DNA of 64,000 bases. Source: Selaginella moellendorffii (lineage: Eukaryota > Plantae > Lycopodiophyta). The stretch spans positions 782,853 to 846,852 of the forward strand of contig NW_003314336.1 of assembly GCF_000143415.4 (NCBI RefSeq). The letters are read 5' to 3'. Position numbers and translations under genes: made by a program. Shown here one piece after another: positions 21,901 to 34,690 of the stretch. Under the pieces are notes generated by a model that made no database searches, was not told the origin of the DNA, and worked only from the letters and a program-made list of their open reading frames with translations. The stretch's first letter is position 1; each line of letters starts with the position of its first letter.

Positions 21901-24273
21901 CATCTTTTGGCTTTTAGATTATTTAGAAAGTGGGAGAGTAATGCTTTGCAAAAGTGAATGAAGTATTTCAAAACAAAAGGTAAGTGCAATTTTCTTGGTT
22001 GTGTTGAAGGTTCATAACTTTATAGGTATTGATAACATTTCAAGCTTCGTCGCCCAATATGTGGTTATAACCTGAAAAATGATTCTGTGGTGAGGTCCTT
22101 TTGCAACTAGAAATATTAAAAAGATTTCTTTTTTTAATATAATTTTATTTAAAAACCTATTTACATCTAGTATGAATACATAAAGATTAGGGTCACATCT
22201 CATAGTGAAGGGACTGATGTTGGACATATCATTTAAGGCAAATGAGATATTGATCAAAGTTTACAAATAGTTACCTCATGCTTTGTCGACCAAAAAATTG
22301 GCACTTCACAAAGTAAATCAAGCACCCCATATGAGGTTTGTTTCAATACACAACATGTTGTATTCTGATATGTCCTTTCAAGAGTTTGAAAGAGCATGTG
22401 CAAAGACTCTAGACTTCAAGGCATTTTGGTTATAGTATTTATGAAAGACATCCTTTACAAGCTTTGGGTTGTCATGTTTCAATACAAGAATGGTGAGCTA
22501 TTGAATATTGAATGAAAGGTAGAGAAAAGAAGGCTCCAAAGGATCTATGGATTTTTTTTTAGAGAAATTCTACAAAAACTTTAATTAAAAATTATTGTTT
22601 GTCAAAATGGAATTCATGAAACTTTAGGGTTTAGGGTTTATGGTTGTTGGTATCCCTGCCATAGCCACGGCTAGATCCATTGCCATTGCCATAGCTGAAT
22701 CGCTTCCCCTGCCACAGATCCATCACTATTGCCATAGTTGAATCCCTTGTCAGGGCCACTACTAGATCCATTGGCACCACTACAGCCATTGCCAAATCCA
22801 TTGCTGCCACTGTCACAGCCAAATTTATTGCTGCACTGCAAGATCCATTGCTTCCAGATGCCACACTCTCACTGTCAAATCTGCCATAACTACTCTTATT
22901 TTCTCCAGATGCCACTCACATGGCCAGATCCAACTTTAGCATCACTATAGTATAAGGTTTGGGTTCTTAATCATGGATGCAACCATAGCATCAGCTCCTA
23001 GAAGCTGAGTCCATAACCAAGAATCCTAGAGCCCTAAACTTAAACTAAAAGTCATCATCATCTTTCTTCTTGGTGAAGGAATGTCTCCTGTCTGGCTAAT
23101 GAGTTTTGTGAGCTTCTCTCCTAGTGTCCCAACAATCTGACCAAGAATTTTGTTGAGAATTACACTTCACACAAAAAATTTAGATCTAAACTCTAATTTT
23201 TATAAACTTTAACCATGCATTTCAATTATACTAAAAATGAAAGATTGAAAGTGGATTTTTTAGAAATCCACTTTATAAAAATCTGTGTGATCAACATAGT
23301 CAAACATACTAGAGCATTGTCTCTTGTGTTATCAGCACAGCAAACATACTAGAGCATTGTCTCCATAGGGTCTTCCACTAAAAATTGGATTAACCCATTT
23401 ATTAGTTGTTATGTTTAAAATAATTTTATAACAAACACAACATTAATAACAAAACACATCTACAATTTCTAGTACCTATTATCAACTTTTAAATGTTGAA
23501 TAAAGTAAAAGGGTATAAGTGTATAGAAAATTTAAATAGAATACAGAAATATGCATATTTTATTAGCCCAGAAACCCACCATAAAATATTTAAAACTATT
23601 CATTTCAATAATTATTTTAATATCTAAAGGAATCACTAACAGTTGTGCTAAAAATATTTACATTTTCTTTTAGAAATTTTTATATTTATTTTCATCTATA
23701 TTTTCCAGCAGAGCTGGAATCCCAGCTAGTTTTTTAAAATACTGGTTTAACGTTAACCATATTAATGGGGTATTAATACTGGGTTAATGTAAAGTTTTTA
23801 AAATACATGTAAAATTTACATAAAAGAAGTCCCACGCTCTTTTTAAAACAATGGGACACTGTGACAGTGTCTTGTCAGCCAAGGGAGTGTCCTCTCCTCA
23901 GACGTGAGGGTGTGTCTGTCAAAGGTTGAAGCACAAAGGTTGAAACCACTGGCTTGTCAGCCTTCCAAGATAAACGATCCGCCAGGCTTGTGAAATTCAG
24001 CACCTGTAACTGCTTCACCAAACAACATTGCAACAGTGTGAGGTACTGCTTTCATTTGATAACTGGTAACATCTCATGTTCGTGCTGATACGAACATGCC
24101 GGAATTCGATCACAGTAAAACGACTTCTGTTAGAAGCTCGTTTGGTCTAAAAGAGTGTTCGGAAATGCACTGAACAGTATTCCTTGTAGAAAGTATAAAA
24201 TACACCAAAAAAAAAAAATCAGGCCAAGATGAACTATTCTATCTCAGTCAACTTAGGGTTCTTGTGTTGAAAG

Positions 24274-26772
24274 ATGGAGGAGGAACCTGAGAAGCCTGAG
24301 GAACTGTGCCTCCAATATGTCATCCATCACGCTGCCTATGATGCCAAGCAATGCAAGGATCGTGGGAAACGTATGACTGCCAGAGCCCTTCTGGAAGCAT
24401 GCGAGAAAATTCTATTTGGTTTTGTGATGGAGGGCCCTCCAGACTTGTCTTGCAATGACTATGTTACTTCAGTCTGCTCAGGCCTTAACGTAGTGCATCC
24501 TTACGATGTGGTGTTTGTAGAACAGGTATGCTGCTCATTTTAACTAAATTAATTTCTCCAACCTCCACAGACTAAGTAAAACAGGTGCTTTATGGCTGCT
24601 GCCGCTATACAAAGCTTTTGAGTATACTCATGTCAAAACTATTCAAATGTAAGGCAGCATTTACACGGGCTGCAGATCGCTTCCTTTACACAGTCCTCGG
24701 ATACCTCATTCTTATTCGCTTAGAAGAAATAACGTTCCCAAACCTTTGGTGAGGATATATCCTGCTGAGGTATAGTTTCTAGTCTTACACAGTTTTGCCT
24801 TTTTTTGTACTAGTCTTTTGATACTTAGCCAGCATGCTCAGAAGGTCCTCCCATTGGTCGAGTTTATCTTTAATACGAGCTATTTGAGGAACAATTGCAA
24901 GGCAGAATGGCTGAAAATTTATGACGTGGAAGTATTGACTTTCTGCTTTTACTTGCAGTCAGCTGAATTTTTGGTTTTCATGTCAGTTTGTGGACGATTT
25001 GATCAGCAGGATAGGGAGGTGGACGTCCGAAGCTGCCAATTTAGAAAGAAGGTTCTTTAAAACATTGCTCAATTTGCACAGAACTGTTATCTTTAATTTT
25101 TTTCCTTTTCAGGGTAGCAGAAAAGGTTTTTATTAAAGACCTACGAACAGGGAGAAAAACCGCACCTCGACCTTTTAAGCTGTCAGTTTGTCCTAGACCA
25201 AAATCACAACCGAAGAAAGAAGAGGTGGCTTTTTTCCTGCTATAAAGTTAAACTTGAATTGTCCTAATCTATGAGCCTACCAGTCCATTCCGTTCAAAGC
25301 CAGGCCCATGCCAAAGTTTAAAGACCCACCAACAGTCGTGCAAAGAGCCATGGAGAGTGTCAGCCTCGAAAATAGAAAACGAGAGGCAGATTTCTACGCA
25401 GATCCAAATTATCAGCCCTTTCGTCTCCGAAGCCTTGAAAGGCCCACAAACATAGATGAGATTAGAGACAAGGTCTTTCTGTCACGACATTAATTGAGAT
25501 TTAATTTCCTTTTTATTATGTGTAGGTAGAAAGACAACGAGCTTCAGAAAATGCATACATTCCGGCACAATCCACCCATTTTCCAGAGCCTGCAAGTATA
25601 GAGGTTCTAAAAGTTTGCAGCTTTTGGGACTACTCTGTATCTTTTCCTTATCGCAGGTTAAATTGAATGCATCGGCAGTTCTTCGGGAGCATGCTCTCTA
25701 TCTAAGGCAAGTGGATGCTGATAAACAACGTGTCCAAGCATTTGAGACTGAGCTCAGAGATGAAGCGAGCTTCAAATCCTGGCAAGTAAGATGACAGAAA
25801 CAAATTTTAGAGCCCATTTTCCCTCAAAATTTACTCTTAGGAGGAAGAGCGGGCCAAGTTTGAAATGGGACAATCCTTAGAAAATCGATTTAGACGCGAC
25901 TGTGTGGCAGGCATTGCCCAGGCAATACAAGATGCAAGGAACACAGTGGTACTTATATGAAAAGCTCCCTTAAAATGTGATATTCTTCTTATACAGATGA
26001 ATGCTTGAATCCATGTGACCTGGTGATGTGAATTAGATAAAAGATAGACATGAAACCGCCAATGATGTGAGACAGCAGAACCAGGCGCTCATAGCTCAAA
26101 GACAAGAGTTTGAATTGAATGTGGAGTTACTAAACAGGCTAAGACATGAAAATGTCCTCCAAAATCGTGTTGCTTCAAAGGTATTTTAAAGCAATCCTCT
26201 TTGTATGGAAGCCGTGATGCTTCGCACAGGAAGCAGTAAGCAAAGTAAACAAGGAAAAAAAAGTCAAGGCGCAGAAAATCATGAACTTATCTTATGAGAA
26301 TCATGCTGAGCGAGATTTTACTCGATCAACAGAGCTCAGGATCAAACAGGAGCTAGTGCGCCAGCTTCATGTATGCTCTTTAGAATTTTCAATCGCACAT
26401 ACCACCAGTTGTACAGGATATAGAGTTCGCGTTTGAGCGCGAGGAAAAGAAGTTTGACCCTAATAGCACTGCTGATCATGGACTATTAGCAGAGATGTCG
26501 ATTACAGAACTCAGAAAACGGCTGGAGCTTGTGAAGGAAGCGTTTGAGGGGAAGCATGAGTCACGACGAGTAAAAATTTTTGCTGTTAAAAAGGAGGTAT
26601 AATTTTTATATCTTTTATACTAAAAAGATAGTTCTGATGGCAGAGAAGGGAAAGTTTGGTTAAAAAGTCGCTCTATGTAAAGAAAATGCGTGAAGTGGCA
26701 CGGATAGAGCAAATATCCAAGAGGGAAACTAAGAGGAGAAGCCGACCCTCTACAGCTGTAACAATAGATTAA
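24274..26772 (+). CDS. CFAP99: Cilia- and flagella-associated protein 99-like, about 13 exons
   Basis: GT-AG spliced translation gives EQVLYGCCRYTKLL, YLILIRLEE, KAEWLKIYD, VKLNASAVLREHALY and HGLLAEMSITELRKRLELVK, which match recalled CFAP99 motifs. TAA stop at 26770-26772. Confidence 0.85.
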
Positions 26773-27419
26773 TAGCTAGGTCAATGATGCATTTTACACA
26801 GACTTTCAATATTCTTCAAGTTTTGTCAATTTCTTCCACTTGTGTATTTTATTTACCAGAAAAACCAAAATTTAAGCATAATTTTGTTATTGCTCGGGGT
26901 CTTTTCATGGAGGTACTTGTTGCGTCATCTTTGTATCTCAGCTCCTTTATGAGCAAAACTAGCAGAAAGGCGACAGGAGAAGAGTCGCCATTTAAAATAC
27001 CCTTGAGCTGACCTAAGCTGCTTGGTCATGAAAAAGTGTATTTTGAGCTTCACTTACTTGTTCACTCTCTTTTGGTGCTGGAATAGAAATGTCTTTCAAA
27101 GTAAGAATTCATGTCAAAAGATTAAGTCATGTGAAGATTATTTGTGCAGTTCTGATGTGTCAGATTAGTTCAGCAACAGTATATGGAAAACTAGTTACTC
27201 CTTTAAAAGAGCAAGCACAAGTTACTCAGTTAAGATTTCTTTCTTTCGTGCTTCAATGCTTAGTGCAGTTCAAATATTTTAAAATTTTAGACTTGTTCTT
27301 AAGAGATTCAAAGATAATTGAACTAAAACAGTAAACAGTAAATGGATCAATTTTATTATGCCATATGATCTCCATACATGATACTCCATAATAACTGCTC
27401 ACCAGAGTGACATTCTCCA

Positions 27420-27830
27420 GCTCAAGAGGAGCATTCAAGGTACAGCTTTCTAGGGATCCATTTGCACTGAGACTCAGTGCATGAACAAAGAGCTCTCCAA
27501 GGAGAATGCCGAGCTTCACAATGAGATCCAACAGCTCAAGGCAAAACAGCCACCAATTGTCATGGAGGATGACAATGACTTCCGACAGAAACTCAGGAGC
27601 AATCACAATGATGATGCTTCCAGTAGAAACTTGACAAGTACAAGGACAAGCTTTCTAGAGCTGCAGCAGCTACAAAGCAGTCCAATGCCATGGTGCAGTG
27701 AGAGAAGCTCAACTTAGTTGTGGGAGAAAAGTGGAGCACAGGAAATCAACCTTGTATTTAGGAGCATCATCTCGAAACTCCAATCTTGAGATTCAGGAAT
27801 AGGAAGAAGTGACAGATGCCACCATGTAGA
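27420..27830 (+). pseudogene. Coiled-coil / leucine-zipper-like gene fragment, family not identified
   Basis: LSKENAELHNEIQQLKAK heptad pattern, coding-like composition, an in-frame stop at 27715-27717 and a GTGAGT donor near 27844. Confidence 0.3.
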
Positions 27831-28510
27831 ACTAAATAATAGGGTGAGTTAGCACTCAAGCCCTATCCTTACTTCTTTTATATTTTGGCCTTCCATCATC
27901 AATGCACATTCACATGCTCAAGATCTGGAGTCCTCAAGTGATGCCAAGTCTATCCTTACTCATGATCTTAGCAAGAGCCTTCTTGGGGATCGAAGGACTT
28001 GAGTCACTCTTTATTCTCATTTTATTTATGTTTGTTTGTGTCTAGCTCAAGAACCACTGCAGTAGTATGCAAGATCAATATAAGCAAGTTTAACAGCAAA
28101 CAAGCCTTCTTCTCTTCTCTCTCCTCTTTTCTTCCTCTCTCTTGTTCCTCAGGTTTTCACACCCATTTTCAGGGGCTTTGATTGCTTCATTTACTTCACT
28201 TTGTAAGTGAATGTTTTCCACTTTGGATGTGCCAAGTTTTCAAGCAGTGCTTCATTGCAGAAATCTGAGCAGAAACAAGGATTTCTAGATAATTCTTGAG
28301 TTTTTGACTTTGATAATTTTATCCATGATTTCTGGAAAAGATTGAAATGATTTGACTAAAAATTAGGAAATAACTTAGAAGACAATGTATAGTAGGGATA
28401 GTGGGTAGGTTGGGCATGGTCTAGCTCTCGCTTGCGTGTTTATCCTTGTTTTGTGTTCGGCTTGACTCTAAACCCAAGTTCCACACCATGCTAGCTAGTA
28501 GAGTATCCAT

Positions 28511-28705
28511 TGTAAACTCCTAAGTTTGGACTTCCCGGGGAGGTCACCCAGCCCAGTACTATTCAAACCCAAGGACACTTAACCCCAAATATCCCAAGAC
28601 CCTTAACCAATTAGAAAAGGGAGTGCACTATTATTCATGGGCCCTTTCCTTCTATATTTGAACCCCATAGATCGTCTCTCGAGTCATTCCCTTTGGTTTC
28701 TTACA
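28511..28705 (-). mobile_element. Cassandra-type solo LTR with 5-bp TSD
   Basis: Diverged reverse complement of 4610-4804, including the 5S segment, flanked by TCCAT at 28506-28510 and 28706-28710. Confidence 0.92.
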
Positions 28706-31700
28706 TCCATATCCTTATGTTAGGCCACTAGTATAATGAAATAGCACTAAATTCCATTCAGCTCTGTTTTGCATGCTAGTTCTGGCATTAGGATGCTAAA
28801 TGCTTTAGAACTATTCCAAGTCACTCTATGCTCTTGTCCCTTCACTCTTTGGGCTGAACACTCAAGAGTCACTCCATGCTCCAGTTCATTCACTCCTTAG
28901 TTGCAAGTTTGGGAGTTTAGCTCTATTCCTTCATTCAATGGCTTAAGGCTCTGAAACTCGGGTTCCACTCCACTGTCCTTGGGGACATGTAGCATGTGGC
29001 ACATGGCATATGATATATGGCACATAGAGGGTTTAGATTCCATTTCATAGTCATTCTATGGTAAATCACCATAAGATAAAAAGTGAAAACCACGTGCACT
29101 ACATTTGGTATTAGAGAATGAGTCTCAGTGAGTACTATCCAATAAGATTGGGCAACTAATCTCGTTGCATATGCAAAGATGAAAATGATAATTTGAGTGG
29201 GTATACATTTAGGTGTTAAAACTTCACAATCGTTCTTTAGCTATGGACTTTGGTTACCTTTTTGTACCATATTATATGAGCTTGCGCTTAGGCTCATAGG
29301 ATGGATTGAGATGGTCCATTTGCATGAGTTTGCACTTGGGCTCGTGAGTGAGGCACATTAGCAATTCAAGGTTACACTTTGAGTTGGCAGGATTAATATT
29401 GGCCTATTGGTGGTTCCATAAATTGTTCCATGTACTATGGTTAAAAATAAACCTTCTCTAGGTTTGCTATAAATGGCGAATGAGCTAGTCTGTAGTTGTT
29501 TAGCACGGCACTAGTGGATCCTTCGTAGACATGATTATAAGTGGATCAATCAAGACTGTAGGGATCAGTCTATTATTTCAAGTAGTCATTGCCATGCTCT
29601 CTCAAAAACTTTTCTTAGACCGGACTAAAGGCAGTGCTAATGCAAGTTTGAGGTTTGGTCAAAGTTGAGACCAAAAAGAGAGTCATCGGGGATGAAGGAT
29701 CAAACACGTAAATCATTTTCTCTTCTTGGAAAGATGATTTGCAATGAGGTGTGATTTCATTGCTCATGTTCACATCATGCAATCAAGAGTCCCAACTTTG
29801 ATGTATGTTAGTTATGGTGGTCTTACAAGTGGTGAGTCATGGGATGGATAGTAGTGAAGTGTTAAACTATTTTGTCTAGGCTTGCTATTGAAGACTTAGA
29901 TTACAATCCTCAATTCTTTTTTGGGGAACCTTGCTATTACTCCTTGAATAGTTTGGTGTTGAATTAGTTTTGAGTTTGGTCAAAAAGAAAGTGGTATTAG
30001 CTTGTCTATATTCTGAACAAAAGTTGATAGTGTTTAGTGTTGTAAATCTTTATCGGTAGGGTGTGGCATTTATGTTGTATTGTGTCAAATTGAGTTGGCA
30101 CTTGATACTCACATAAACCTTTGAAGTAATGATATAGGTGTTGCTCGATTAATGATCAAGTTATTGTGATTTTTATATCATATCCCTATAATAATGAGCA
30201 ATGTGGTTACAAAGTTGCTTGGTCAAATGATGACTAACTCCAAAGGTGGTTGATAGTGAAGCTACTGTACTTTCAATAAATAACATTGAAATAGCTTTGA
30301 CTAAGTTCTCAATGGTGATCTATGATATGCTAAACTAGTACCTTATTTCCTTGAGTTTGCCCATTGAGGTGTTAGAAAAGGTTATAGCATTCATTTGTTA
30401 AAGCTTGTCAGTTGATCCATTAGCACTTGGAGTAGATTGTTAAATGGAAAAGGTGTGAAGTTAAGGTATTGACTTTGCTAACACTTGTGCTAGTGGAAGT
30501 GACATTGTTATTTCGAGTGATGAAGAGTTTTTCCTTGGAGCTTGACTTTTCATGTTGTTTTTTTTGTTAGTGTTTTGGCTTCATACTGGCTCTTGAACGT
30601 GATTGAAGAAAAGTGTTAGTGCAATATGGATATCCAAAGATATGGTTTTTATGATCGAGTCTTGGATATTCATTTGCATTTTGCAAATGTCGGTGTTAGA
30701 TGTCAAAAATATGGGCATGATGTTCAATGCTTAGCTATAATGTTGGGTCATGAGAATTAGTATTGAGGTGAACCTATGAGAAGTTGTTAGTAGGAGGAAG
30801 TTGGTTGAGTCTTGAAAGTTTGCATTCTTAGACTGAGTCATTCTTTCTCTAGGATGGAAAATTTTTTACAAATTTTCTTAGGCTTTTCCAATAGTTGAAA
30901 TATTGATCACTTTACCTGAAAACCATTCCGTTTTTGTAAGCTAGTACAAACTAGTGATAGTTTGTATGATGTAGTTGAAAGGGATGCTGACTTTTGGGGC
31001 TAAGGCAATTAAGTTGGATGGAGTCTAGAATTGGTGTAAAAAAGTGGTTGTTGCGCTTTTCTAAAAAGGTGACCCTTGTGCTTTTCTTTTATAGTGTTAT
31101 GTTAGATGGCAGGTTGCACCTTACATCTCGTTAGACTCTATGAGAGTAGTGAGCTCTCATTGATTTTGACTTAGTCTTGGTAGCCTTGCATCTTGGCTGA
31201 GGATAGTGATATCCAACTTAGTTGTTTGCGGTTGAGGTGTTAATACCCGTATTATAGCCTTGTCTATAAGGAAGTTGTGTACTAATACGAGTCCATCTCA
31301 TGGCCTTCACTTTAGTTAAGACTGAGTGTTGATTATGCATAGCTGGCCTCTTCAAGGCATTCTCAGAGCTAATGGCTATACACATTAGTGAGATTATTGC
31401 AGTTGAGTTTGATTTAAGTGGTCATTTAGTTTGTGTTTGTCCATGAACCTTTATCTCGTTCTGGGATATTACATTCATATTGAATGAGTATATGACTTGA
31501 TGACGTGAGTTTAGTATTTTAGTTTTATAAAGGCAAGTTGAAGAGTGGTTGTTGGTTGCTTTGCAACTAATGATTGCTAGTAGACTTCATTGAGGACAAC
31601 TGACACTTACTTCATTTGATAATAATTTAGCAATGATATACTTGCTTTACCAGATAGTATTGCAGAGGATCGTTTCATAGGCTTGCATGGATTTTCTGTG

Positions 31701-31937
31701 TAAGCATATTGATTCCATTTCTATCAATATCATTTGGTTGTGTTTAGTATGTGGTGTTGGATTTCATTGAATCTTGGATGTGGTGATTCATTCCTTGATA
31801 ATGTGTTATTTATAACTGAGTATTGTTGAAGGATTGGTCTCGGATACTAACTAAGGTATCTTCAACTTTAGTTAACTTGGTTGCTAAAGAGCTTTGAGTG
31901 GTGATTCACTTTTGTTTTCTACTAGCTTTGTTGTAGT

Positions 31938-32004
31938 TGTAAGTTCATGAGTTTGGACATCTCGGGAGGTCACCAAGCCTAGTACTATTCAAACCCAAGG
32001 ACAC
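31938..32004 (-). mobile_element. Truncated Cassandra-type LTR (5S half only)
   Basis: TGTAAGTTCATGAGTTTGGACATCTCGGGAGGTCACCAAGCCTAGTACTATTCAAACCCAAGGAC is a diverged reverse complement of the LTR 3' third. Confidence 0.85.
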
Positions 32005-32591
32005 TATTGTCATTGAAGTGATTAATGGCATTGAAGTTAACATTATTGATGTTGAGAATCGAGTGAAATGAGATGTCTTTCCATAAGATTGATATTAAGT
32101 TTTATTAGTCTTGATGCAGATAATATCGATGATTTGGCTGTAGCTTATATTATTGGCATTCATGCATATACTAGTTAGCAATTATGTTGGCATTCAAATA
32201 AGATGAGTAACAAGTTGAGTTAATCATGTTGTAAATGAAATTATTTAGTAGGGGTTGAGCTTTGGTTTTTCCTTGAAATGTGATTTAGCCATGGATTATG
32301 CTAGCTTTACAAAAAGAAGAGTTAGTGATTGATATTGAAGTTAGTAGTTCTTTGTTGGATTTGAGTTGAGGATATGTCGATTGATGATTTCATTTGTATT
32401 TGTTATGAAGTGAGTTATATCTTGCTTTAGAAAGATGGATTCATGGAGGATTAGTTTGGTGGTCACTTGTTAAGCATAGCTTTATTATGTTTACATAGAT
32501 CACATGCCAAAAGGGTGGCAACGCTTCAATTTTGATTTTATTGATGCTCCAAATCAAGTGACATTTTATAGGGCGATCAGGTAGATTGTGT

Positions 32592-32592
<1 letters not shown>

Positions 32593-32685
<93 letters not shown>
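32593..32685. repeat. Compound (CT)n(GT)n microsatellite
   Basis: Directly visible. Confidence 0.95.
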
Positions 32686-32686
<1 letters not shown>

Positions 32687-33078
32687 TGCGAGGTTTGGAG
32701 GTGACAGTGTTGCCAAGACATGATGCAGCTGCAGACCTGGTTCAGATGTACGCATATACTCAGTGCTTCTTTACATGGTTTGTGTTCACTTTTTCATCAC
32801 ACATATTTTACTGCCTCTTATTATGTACAATAAGGAGTACGTGCTTGGGCAGCTCATATACGTTCAAGCAACGAAGAGACTGCCTGGTGCTCCCGGATTT
32901 TTCATCCTATCATGCCAAGGGCTTGCAACAAGATTCCTGGCATGCGTATGGATCTAGGTTTCAAGATGATCTCTCATTTCTCTTGATCTCTGTGTCTAAG
33001 TTGGTTCTTGTTGTGCAGGAGTGAGTAACAGAGGGCTGTTTGGGAGTTCAAGATTTCATTTCTTTTATTTGTGTCCAG

Positions 33079-33646
33079 ACAACCAACGACCTTTGGGCTA
33101 AACACTCTAAAGTCGTTTTTCTAAACTCTTGGGATGCTATTAGAAAGGTTCATAAACTTATGTTTAGTCTGATGACTTCTCCAGTTTTCTTGTTTGTTTT
33201 AAATGCAGATTCAAACTAGTGGCGAGAAACTGACTCCACCATTTTCGACCTGTCAAATCTCTTGGTTTTGGTGACACAGGAAGGTGAGTTTTTTCATAGT
33301 CGTTTCTTATATATGGGATTAAAAAGCCTTTTTTGTGATGCAAGTGTACATTTAGTAGAGTTGAAAGGTTTCTGCCAGTATTTTGCCAATAAGAGCGTCG
33401 GAATAAGCAGAAACAAGGTTATATTTCTGTCTTGAAACTTGCACTGATCTTTTGAACAGGTTCATTGTGCATGTGCTGAAAGAGAGATTCTTGGATTGAT
33501 CTTGCTTTCTAAATTGACTTTTTCCTTGCAGATTGCGACTCATGTTTGTTTAGCAATAGACTTTTATCCTGCAGGGGAACTCTTTCTTCAAATAGAGAAA
33601 CAACCACTAAAATTCGTTGATCAAACTCTCCAATCCAGTGTTCAGG
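33079..33646 (+). pseudogene. PHOT: Phototropin kinase N-lobe fragment, introns retained, with deletions and frameshifts
   Basis: DLWAKHSKVVF..SWDAIRK | IQTSGEKL..HFRPVKSLGFGDTG | SVHLVELKG..RNK | VHCACAEREIL..THVCLAIDFYPAGELFLQIEKQP follows the phototropin linker-kinase sequence. No LOV domains or kinase C-lobe seen. Confidence 0.85.
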
Positions 33647-34469
33647 TAGCATTTTTCTCTTTTTTGTTTTTATACTTGTAAGATCTAGTTTTGACTGTGT
33701 TTGTTCTCTTTTCTCTCCAGTTGCAGGGGATTGCCATGAGCATCAAGGGCAGAGCCTAGGATCTGCGTTGGTTGGCTCTGGGATCACATTGGCTCTGGGC
33801 ACGTTTAGTTTATGAGACAATGATGGCAACTGTATGTTAGAATCAAATAAATTGTGAAGTTCGCATTTCTGATGTTGTTTCCTCTGATCACTTGTCACAA
33901 TATTTCCCAGAATTTATATTTTTGTTTGTGAAATCAAATAAAATTACTATGAGTGGTTTTCTATACAAACACTAAGGGTAGTTAAGTTTTTCTCTTTGGG
34001 TTTTTCAAGTAATGGAAGAGAATGTTGAGAACCAGGAAATTCGGAAGTTTCATAAGCATCAACCTTTTAGAGTTAATGGCAGATGTTAATCCTTCTGCCC
34101 TACATCACATGGAGAGGCAGAGGGCATAACATTTATTTATCTCACGGATGACACGTGCAAGTTCATCAGTGTCGACAAAATATCTGCCAGACATGGCAAC
34201 ACTTCCAAGGTCCCGAAGAATGTCATCATGGTGACATCCAAATGCATGGCGCAATCTCGGATTTTCATCCTGTTAAACCATAGTTCCACATAAGAACATT
34301 CCCAGCTTGCAGACCTATAATACAGGATAAATACTTCTCTGCTATACGATGAAGACAAATAAGGTGATAGCACGAACTTTGAGATTTGTGTGAACAAAGC
34401 CGGGCATGTGGTTATAATGATGGTTGGCCTGGATCACTCTGATTTGTTTTCACTTTCCTTTTGAAACTG

Positions 34470-34690
34470 CAGGAATAGACATGGACGACAAAACCATCTC
34501 TTTAGCTGCGGGCATAGCGGGCTGGTAGCATTGGCGCGGGAGAGCTTTGTGTCCATGAGACACGATCACTCGCTGGAGCCAGGGCTCGATCACTACACGC
34601 GAATGCTGGGGATTCTTGCGAGCGCTGGGCAAATTGAAGAAGCACTAGATCTCCTCCACGCAATGCCCTACCGCCCAAACGAACAATTCT
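34470..34690 (+). pseudogene. PLS-class PPR fragment (L2-S2 into the E-domain region)
   Basis: AGLVALARESFVSMRHDHSLEPGLDHYTRMLGILASAGQIEEALDLLHAMPYRP; isolated, no full ORF. Confidence 0.8.

Larger units (their letters stand above)
28385..32500 (+). mobile_element. Highly eroded family B LTR retroelement (5' LTR to 29103, PBS, degenerate interior)
   Basis: LTR similar to 3955-4384, ending GTGCACTACA and followed by TTTGGTATTAGAG (29104-29116). Protease-like VVDSEAT near 30246-30266. The right boundary is approximate. Confidence 0.6.

Noticed and set aside
23708-23735. Helitron 3' terminus (AGCTGG-aatc-CCAGCT plus CTAG)
   Set aside because: The CTAG overlaps the stem rather than lying about 10 nt downstream, and the orientation does not match the minus-strand Rep relic.
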